Source: Iphione sp. A-MEVVRFRX5 (Eukaryota). Taken from it: DNA of 64,000 nucleotides. The notes under the pieces were generated by a model, which made no database searches, had not been told where the DNA came from, and was given only the letters and a program-made list of their open reading frames with translations. Positions 11,535-19,200 of the stretch are shown here, piece by piece (the stretch's first letter is position 1; each line of letters opens with the position of its first letter). A program made the translations under genes and the position numbers. Where the stretch lies: contig OZ320316.1 of assembly GCA_976226885.1 (NCBI GenBank), positions 88,164,001 through 88,228,000 on the forward strand, written 5' to 3'.

Positions 11535-13229
11535 ATGTCTTGGTTACGAAACGGCAAGCGCTACATTGGTGGCAGCGGTGGGATCTCGCCCCCTGCCGCT
11601 GGAGGTCGTCACTCCACCGGCCGTGGCTACCGGAGATTGGTAGGCCGCAGCCCTGGAGAGGAAGGTACACAGGGTGGAAGAGCACTGGAGGACATAGGCA
11701 GCTCCAGCTCCGATGGGGAAGTGGAGTTGATGCCGGATCGTGCGGCTCGGGGGAGCGCGCAACCCCAGGGGCCGCACCGCCGTCGCCGCTCCGGCTCTTC
11801 CACGGAGGAAGAAGACTGGGCAGACGCTGGGAGTGAAGAAGACGACACAGCCTCAGAGCAAGGGAGTGGCAGACCAAGCCGGAAAAGCCACGGCGTCCCA
11901 CCCCCGGGGCCGACCGGGGGCGCGTCGTCATTGTCAGGACAGCAACAGCATAGGTCGGGAGGAAGTGCCGGAACAGCCGGATTGGGGGCCCGTGCCGGAA
12001 CGTGCGGATCTGGGGCCCCGGCCACACCAGCCGGCTTGCGTGGAGGAGCCGGAACAGCCGGATCAGGGTCCCATGCCGGAACGTTCGGATCGGGGGACCG
12101 AGGAGTACCAGCCGGCTTGAGGGGAGGAGCCGGAACAGCCGGATCAGGGTCCCATGCCGGAACGTTCGGATCGGGAGACCATGCTGCACCAGTCAACCAG
12201 AATGGAGATGCTGGAACGTTCGGATTAGGGGAACATGCCGGATCAGCCGGCACAAGTGGGGATGCCGGCACAGGCGGATCTGATGGCAGGTCCACGGTCT
12301 CCTCGAGGTCCTCCACTGGGGATAGTGACCCGCATTCCACAGCGGATACGGTGCGGCAACTGGTTGCAGAATTGCAGTCTTCACTCCACCCCCCCCCTCC
12401 GCCCCGGAAGTTCCATGTCAAGCCCGAGACATTTGATGGTTCCGTCCCGCTGGCGGAGTACCTGCACCATTTTTCGCTAGTGGCCCAAGCCAACCGCTGG
12501 GACCGCGGCGAGCAAGCACTGCAGATCAGCGTGTGCCTGCGGAAGTCGGCGCAATCGGCGCTCCGTTCCGCGTCCTTGGACGTCAGCGCCCCGGGTGCCT
12601 TTGACAAAATTGTCGAAGTACTTCGACAGCGGTTCCAATCGGAAGACAGAGTCACGTACTACGAGCAGGAGTTGAAACAGCGCCGTCAGGCCAAGGACGA
12701 AGACGCGCAACGCCTAGCAGAAGAAATCGAGAGGCTAGTCCGCCAGGCGTACCCGGAGGCGGAGGGGGCGTGGCTCGATCGCATGTGCCGGGATGCGTTC
12801 GTGGCGGCACTGAGGGACGAGCGCAGCCGCCGTTGGGTAGTGCAAGCCAAGGCGCGATCGTTCCAATCGGCGATCTCGGAAGCATTGCTGGCGGAGTCGT
12901 ATCATAAGGCGGAGCGCGAGAGGGTCACCGCCCCGAGTACCGCGAGAGTGCACGCTGCGTCCGACCAAGAAGAGCAAGTTGCAGCTTCTCAGGCGGCGGC
13001 TCCCCCAGGAGGGCTTGAGCGCATTGAACAGCTGCTCCTAAAGTTGTTGGAGCGACCGCAACCCACCTCCGGGCGCCGAGGAGGTAAGAAGCAAGACAAC
13101 GACGGCTGCTTCTACTGTAAGCAGCCTGGCCATTTCAAGCGGGATTGCCCGGCCCGGCAAGCTGCTGAGAAGGAGAAGGCTTCGGAAGCTCAAGCGGAAA
13201 ACGCGAAGCCGCCCGCCCCGGCCCAGTAG
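11535..13229 (+). CDS. gag: Gag (564 aa): ~290-aa Gly/Ser/Ala-rich repetitive N-terminus, capsid domain and CCHC zinc knuckle
   Basis: Capsid-like KPETFDGSVPLAEYLHHFSLVAQANRW from ~12405 and CX2CX4HX4C (CFYCKQPGHFKRDC) at 13107-13148. The ATG lies within the LTR. Confidence 0.93.
   Translation: MSWLRNGKRYIGGSGGISPPAAGGRHSTGRGYRRLVGRSPGEEGTQGGRALEDIGSSSSDGEVELMPDRAARGSAQPQGPHRRRRSGSSTEEEDWADAGSEEDDTASEQGSGRPSRKSHGVPPPGPTGGASSLSGQQQHRSGGSAGTAGLGARAGTCGSGAPATPAGLRGGAGTAGSGSHAGTFGSGDRGVPAGLRGGAGTAGSGSHAGTFGSGDHAAPVNQNGDAGTFGLGEHAGSAGTSGDAGTGGSDGRSTVSSRSSTGDSDPHSTADTVRQLVAELQSSLHPPPPPRKFHVKPETFDGSVPLAEYLHHFSLVAQANRWDRGEQALQISVCLRKSAQSALRSASLDVSAPGAFDKIVEVLRQRFQSEDRVTYYEQELKQRRQAKDEDAQRLAEEIERLVRQAYPEAEGAWLDRMCRDAFVAALRDERSRRWVVQAKARSFQSAISEALLAESYHKAERERVTAPSTARVHAASDQEEQVAASQAAAPPGGLERIEQLLLKLLERPQPTSGRRGGKKQDNDGCFYCKQPGHFKRDCPARQAAEKEKASEAQAENAKPPAPAQ
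11567..11584 (+). other. Primer-binding site TGGTGGCAGCGGTGGGAT for tRNA-Leu (AAG/UAG isoacceptor)
   Basis: 18 nt starting 1 nt after the LTR end, complementary to the 3' end (...ATCCCACCGCTGCCACCA) of metazoan tRNA-Leu as I recall it. Confidence 0.9.
11966..12290 (+). repeat. Coding tandem repeats in the gag N-terminus (81-bp period, smaller AGT(A/F/C)GS sub-units)
   Basis: CCAGCCGGCTT occurs at 12027 and 12108 (81 bp apart). The peptide PAGLRGGAGTAGSGSHAGTFGSGD occurs twice. Confidence 0.85.
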
Positions 13230-13239
13230 GGCGGGCGGC
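13196..13239 (+). promoter_or_regulatory. -1 programmed ribosomal frameshift signal between gag and pol
   Basis: Slippery G_GAA_AAC (13196-13202), a 5-nt spacer, then a perfect 11-bp stem GCCGCCCGCCC (13208-13218) / GGGCGGGCGGC (13229-13239). The pol frame is -1 relative to gag and open from 13169. Confidence 0.8.
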
Positions 13240-13273
13240 ATCCGATCACTTCAGTCAACCCCTGCCCGAGCAT

Positions 13274-16200
13274 TTGGAGGTACTGGCGGCCTCCTTTGCG
13301 GGCCCGGGCCGGATAGAGCTTAAGGGCCATCGGAGGGCGGGGTGTCGCGGACTCCTGCTAGAGGGCCAAATAGCCGGGGTCCCTGTCGATTGGCTAGTGG
13401 ATACGGGAGCCTCGACATCGCTCCTGTCCACCCGAGTGTTCCGCCAGACCACGAACGTGAAGTTAGGGGCAGTGGACGTCCGAGTGGTGGGAGTGGACGG
13501 TGCCCCGCTTAAGGTGCATGGGACCATCGAGTGCGGGGTGGACTTTGGGCCGGTCACCCTGGCCGTCGCAGCCAAGGTAGTCGACATGGACGTCCCGGCC
13601 CTCTTGGGCCTCGACTGGCTGGACCAGATGGACGCTGCCGTGGATACACGCGGAGCGGTAGTGTCTGTAAGGGCACCCGGTGGTGATGCCCCGGTTGCAG
13701 TCAGTGCGGGCTGTGACCGTGTAGTGAGGGCAGGTAATGTGGAATTTGTGTGCGCCCAAGTACAAGGAGTAGCGGCGGGGGCCACAACCGGGGTCGTGGA
13801 GGCTAGCGTGCAGTTCGAAGAGAAGTCTGGACTGCGGGTAGCGCAAGCCATGGTGACCCCGAGGGCAGGCCGAGTTTGGGTTCCGGTGTGGAATCCGGGG
13901 TCGCAAGATCTTCAACTGTACAGAGGGACGCACCTGGGGAGATTCCAAGAGGTGGCGGTCGTGGGAGCCGAGGAGACCCCGTCCGGCCAGGCCTGGGAGG
14001 AGGAACAAGATTCGGCAGTCCAACAGCTCCTGGAGGGCCTTCCATCAGAGGTTGAAGGGGAAGAACGCGAAGAGATTGCCGAGATGTTACTCCGGAATCG
14101 GGCGGTGTTCCAAACATCATCCGGCCCCCTGGGATGCACACCCGAGGTGCAGCATCACATAGACACCCAAGGGCACCCTCCTATCCGCCAGAGAGCGCGG
14201 CGTCTACCTCCTCACAAGAGGGAAGCAGTCCAGAGGGAGGTAGAGCGGATGGTGGAAAAAGGGGTGCTGGAGCCCTCCTCCAGCCCGTGGGCGTCGCCCC
14301 TGGTCCTGGTACAGAAAAAGGACGGGGGGCTTCGGTTTTGCATCGACTACAGGCGCCTGAACGCGGTGACCAAGAAGGACGCCTTTCCCCTGCCCCGCAT
14401 CGATGACACCCTGGACGCGCTACAAGGCAGCCGGTATTTCTCAGCCATAGACCTGGCCAGTGGTTATTGGCAGGTGCGTATGGCCCCGCAGGACGCCGAG
14501 AAGACCGCAGTCTGCACCCCGGCAGGACTGTTCCAGTTCCGGGTGATGCCGTTCGGGCTGTGTAATGCCCCGTCCACATTCGAGCGGCTGATGGAGACAG
14601 TCCTGCGGGGCCTGGTGGGAACCGAGTGCCTGGTTTACCTGGACGACATCATTGTCCTCGGGCGCTCGGTCCCGGGAATGTGCCAACGGCTGGAGCGAGT
14701 CTTCGTCCGACTTCGTGAGGCAGGGCTGCACGTCAAGGCCAGCAAGTGCCAGCTGTTCAAGAAGGAGGTGTCATACCTGGGGCACCGTGTATCGGCGCAG
14801 GGGGTTGGAGTGGACCCCGAGAAGGTCGAGGCTATTACCGGCTGGCCTACACCACGCTGCGTCACCGAGGTTAAGAGCTTCCTCGGATTATGCTCCTATT
14901 ACCGGAACTTTGTCCGGGGGTTTGCAACAATAGCAGCCCCACTCCACGCTCTAGCAGAGAAGGGGGCAGAGTTCTGCTGGACGCAGGCGTGCCAGGCGGC
15001 CTTCGAGGTGTTGAAGAAGGAGCTCAGTAGCACCCCGGTGCTGGGGTTCCCAGATCCTGTGGGCCAGCTGATACTGGATACGGACGCTTCCGACACAGGT
15101 ATAGGAGCAGTGTTGTCCCAGGCCCAGCAAGGGCAAGAGAGGGTGTTGGCGTACGCGAGTCGCACGCTGTCCTGGCCGGAGCGTAATTACTGCGTCACAC
15201 GGCGCGAATTACTCGCTGTGGTATTTGCGCTGCGCAAGTTCCGTTGCTATGTGGGCGGGCGCACAGTGGAGATCCGGACAGATCACAATTCTCTACGGTG
15301 GCTGTGTGCGTTTAAGGAGCCCCAGGGCCAACTAGCCAGATGGCTTGAAGAGGTCTTCTGCCATGACATCAACATCGTGCACCGCCCGGGGCGACAGCAT
15401 GGGAATGCCGACGGGTTATCGCGGCAGGAGTGTAAACAGTGTGGACGCCGGGAGGAGGGCTCTTCGGGGGAGGAGCTGGCCGCAGCCGTCACGCTGGGTG
15501 AGGTGGAAGGAGTAGAGCGAGTAGGTGTGGCACAACGCGCCGAGCCGGCCACAGCAGAGATTATCCAGGCACTGGAGGCCGGGCAACCCCCACCAGGGTT
15601 ACGGGTGGGGCTTAGCTGGGAGGAGAGACAGCTACGCTCGGAAGCTCACCGGCTCCAACTACATAGGGGCGTACTCGCCAGGAGTTGGGAGGGTGAGGGA
15701 GGCACGTCTGTCCCTCAAGTGTACGTACCGGCCGCGCTACGACAGCCGCTTTGGCAGGAGACCCACGCGGGAGCGATGGGAGGCCACCTGGGCCCCGACA
15801 AGACCGGGGCATTAATCCGGATGCGCTGGTTTTGGCCGGGCCTGAGGAGAGACGTGGAGAGGTGGTCACGCTGCTGTCAAACCTGCCAACGGAGGAAGGG
15901 ACCAGGGAGGTCCCGAAGGGCCCCGCTGCAGGCCCGGCCGGTCTCGGAGCCCTGGGAGCTGGTGGCGGCCGACATATTGGGTCCCCTCCCGGTGACGAGC
16001 CGCGGAAATCGGTACATCCTGGTCGTGGCAGACCACTTTTCCAAGTGGACAGAGGCTTTCCCCTTAGAGGAGGCTACGGCGAAGGCGACAGCCGAAGTGA
16101 TCGTGCGGGAGGTGGTGTGCCGGTTCGGCCCCCCACGAGTCATTCACTCGGACCAAGGGCGGAACTTTGAGGCAGCACTATTTACGGAAGTGCTCCAACT

Positions 16201-19200
16201 ATTAGGTGTCGAGAAGTCTCGAACCACCCCCTACCACCCGCAGAGCGACGGAGTGGTAGAGCGGTTCAACCGGACACTGGGGAACATGCTGGCCTCCATG
16301 GCGGAAGAACGGCGGAAAGACTGGGATGAGGCCCTTCCCTTTGTGATGGCCGCATACCGGGCGACTCCACATACGGCCACAGGGGAGTCGCCCAACTGGC
16401 TCCTCTTTCATCGTGAGGTAAACCTACCGGTAGATCTGCGCTATGGACATCCGGGGCCGGACCCAGTGACTAGGGGCGCCTACGCGGACAAAGTGGCGAT
16501 GGAGGTGGGAGAGGCCCACCGTCGCGTGGCGGAGAGGCTGCGCCGGGTGGCAGCAGCCAGCAAGGACTGGTATGACCAAAAAGTGCGACGTCAAACTTAC
16601 GAGCCGGGAGAGCGCGTGTGGCTATTCTCACCACTCAGGAAGAAAGGGGTGTCCCCTAAGCTCCAGAGTTGGTGGGAGGGCCCTTGGTTGGTGGAGGACA
16701 AACTATCAGCCGTGGTCTACCGAGTGAGCCGGGGAGCCAAGAGGAGGGTGGTACATGCCGATCGACTGAAACCGGCATATTTGGATCCACAGGTGACGTG
16801 CCGCGTGGGGAGAATCGAGACCATTCACATCTCAGGAGCCGCGCCTGTTTCGCCGCGGCTGGGGGGCAGCCGCAGCGAGCGGTCTGTGGGAAGCCGCGCG
16901 GTGCGGCTACCCATAGCCGCATCAACCGAGCGGCGCGCCCGCGCCGCAGCGTGCGAACCCACAGAGGGCGCAGGAGCCGCGCCTGTTTCGCCGCGGCTGG
17001 GGGGCAGCCGCAGCGAGCGGTCTGTGGGAAGCCGCGCGGTGCGGCTACCCATAGCCGCATCAACTGAGCGGCGCGCCCGCGCCGCAGCGTGCGAACCCAC
17101 AGAGGGCGCCACTGCGTTTCAGCGGCGCCATCTCTTGGATTCTATAAAAGACGTCGATTCGCAGTGTCGACCTTCTGTCGCGCGGCTACCACACCACGAG
17201 GAACGACTTAAGCCTCCCAGACCCGCTCAGGACACCCTTGCCGAGCTCGCTACACCAGGAGCCACGAGGAATACCCTACCACGAGGACAGCCGCAGCGCG
17301 CATCGATCGAGTCGCCCGATTATTCTCAGGTGAGCAGCACTACGTGGAACGCTATGGGCGATAAAGGGGAGGTCGTCAAGCCGCGATGGGTTAACGGGCT
17401 GGGGAGAGCAGCAGCGGCACGGGTAGCTCAAATCCAATTTCCTATTGGTAAAAAGGGTACATCCAGTGCGGAACTTTTTGCATGGCGCCGAAAAACTGAC
17501 GGGAGCATGTCCTCTTCCGCAGCTCGAGCCGCGTGTCGCACCGGGGCACTGTGCAGCCGCCTCATCCCGATCCGCAGCGTAGGCATGGACGACGGGAAGC
17601 CGCAGCTTCCGACGGAGCCGCGCCCCGCGGCTGGAGACAAGCCGCCAGCAGCGGAGTCCGGGGAGCCGCGCCTTGCGGCTGGGGGAAAGCCGCCGCAGCA
17701 TCCTAGAGCCGCGACGCATGAAGAGCCGCGCCAACCAAGCGAGCCGCTGGGAGCGGCGCCGCCCCCCGTCGAGCCGCATGGTGCGGCTACCCACGAGCCG
17801 CACCGAGCGGATCGAGAGACCGAGGAGGACCGACCAGCTACCGGGGGTAGCCCCGGACCCGCCCCATCGTCACCCACGCAAGATCAGGACGAACATGAGG
17901 ACCCCAACGCCTCGCCTCGGGTGCACTGTACGCTGTGTAAGAAAAGATTCGTGCACCAATCCAACCTCAATCGGCACTTGCGTGATGTGCACGAACAGCA
18001 GGGTTTCGGATGGCTGTGCCCGGACCAGGACTGTGGGAGCCAGGGTTTCCATAGGAGAGGCGATTGGAAGCGCCACCTGAGCCAGGTCCATGGGAACCTG
18101 GGCTGGGCCCACACGGTGGACATACAGTTTTTGAAGTTTCGGGGCCTTAACCCTACTCGGGCCAGGGCGCAGGAGTGCCCCGAGTCGCTCCTACCCCAGC
18201 TGGAGAAGGTGCGGAAACAAGAAAAGCGTAGCCGGCGCCGCGACCTCAAGAAAATGATTGGCGAGGGAACATCGGGCGCAGGATCTTCCGACTTGGAGGT
18301 GCCTTGTCAACCACCGGGCACCTCCCCCGCCGGTCCCTCTGCATCCGCGCCGGCGGTCCCGTCACCGTCGCCGTCGACTGCGGCCCCGCCGGCGGTCCCG
18401 GAGGGACGACCGCAGCCCCCCCCGGCCGTCCCCTCCACCAGCACCGGAAAGACGGCATCGCGACGGGCCCGCCGCCGTCCAGATCTGCCGTTGCCACCGA
18501 GTTCGTCCGAAGAGGGGACGCCTGAGCCACCCCCACCCCGTCGTCGTTCCTCCCGTCAGGCGACGCGTGGGCGGAAGGGCCCTCGCACGCCCAGTGTCTC
18601 GCCAGGCAGCGCTGTCCCCTCGACGTCGGGGTCCGATGGACCGCCGGGTGGGGACGAACCTCTTCCCCATCGGGACACCCCGGAGCGACCCCCTTCTGCC
18701 CCGGCCGAGACGCAAGGGTCAGCCCCGCCCCCTTCACGCTATGCGCAGGGCACCCCAGCTAAGACATACGAGAGGAAACGCCCGGCGGAGTGGACCCCTC
18801 CAAGGCCTGCCCAGCCTGTATTCCGTGCCCCGGCGGTTCCCTCAGCACTGATAGACCTTCCAGTGTCGCAGACGGCATACCGGGGCCGCCGACTCTTCGT
18901 GGGGGACCACGAGGAGCGCCTGGATGAGGGGGCGGACACAGCTCTCATGAGCCCGGCCGACATAGAGTGGGCACCGGGGACGTCGGACTGGAGCAGCACA
19001 ACGTCCCATTCCGCCGCACCGACGTCTCCTCGAGGTCCCACACCCTCTGTGGGAAGGGGCCTAGGAGGTGGGCGCGCGACGTTCCGAGCCCCGGCCGGGA
19101 CATACGACAGACCACCCCTGCGGCTTCCGGCGCCGGGCAAATGGCCTTCGCAGCGACAAGGGCCAGAGACCGAGCGCAGAGAGGCTGAGCTCGACCGACG

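Larger units (their letters stand above)
11278..11565 (+). repeat. 5' LTR (288 bp)
   Basis: Termini TGTAGC...GCTACA (6-bp inverted repeat). No difference from 20764-21051 found by eye. TATAAATA at 11427-11434 and AATAAA at 11506-11511. Confidence 0.97.

Noticed and set aside
11627-12655. 342-aa antisense ORF over gag
   Set aside because: Shadow of a GC-rich, codon-periodic sense ORF; no domain features.
13274-13276. TTG as the true pol start
   Set aside because: The frame is open from 13169 and overlaps gag at a frameshift signal, so the TTG start is an ORF-caller artefact.
13227-13316. Stop-codon read-through as the route to Pol
   Set aside because: Pol is in the -1 frame, and the gag frame hits another TAG at 13314-13316.
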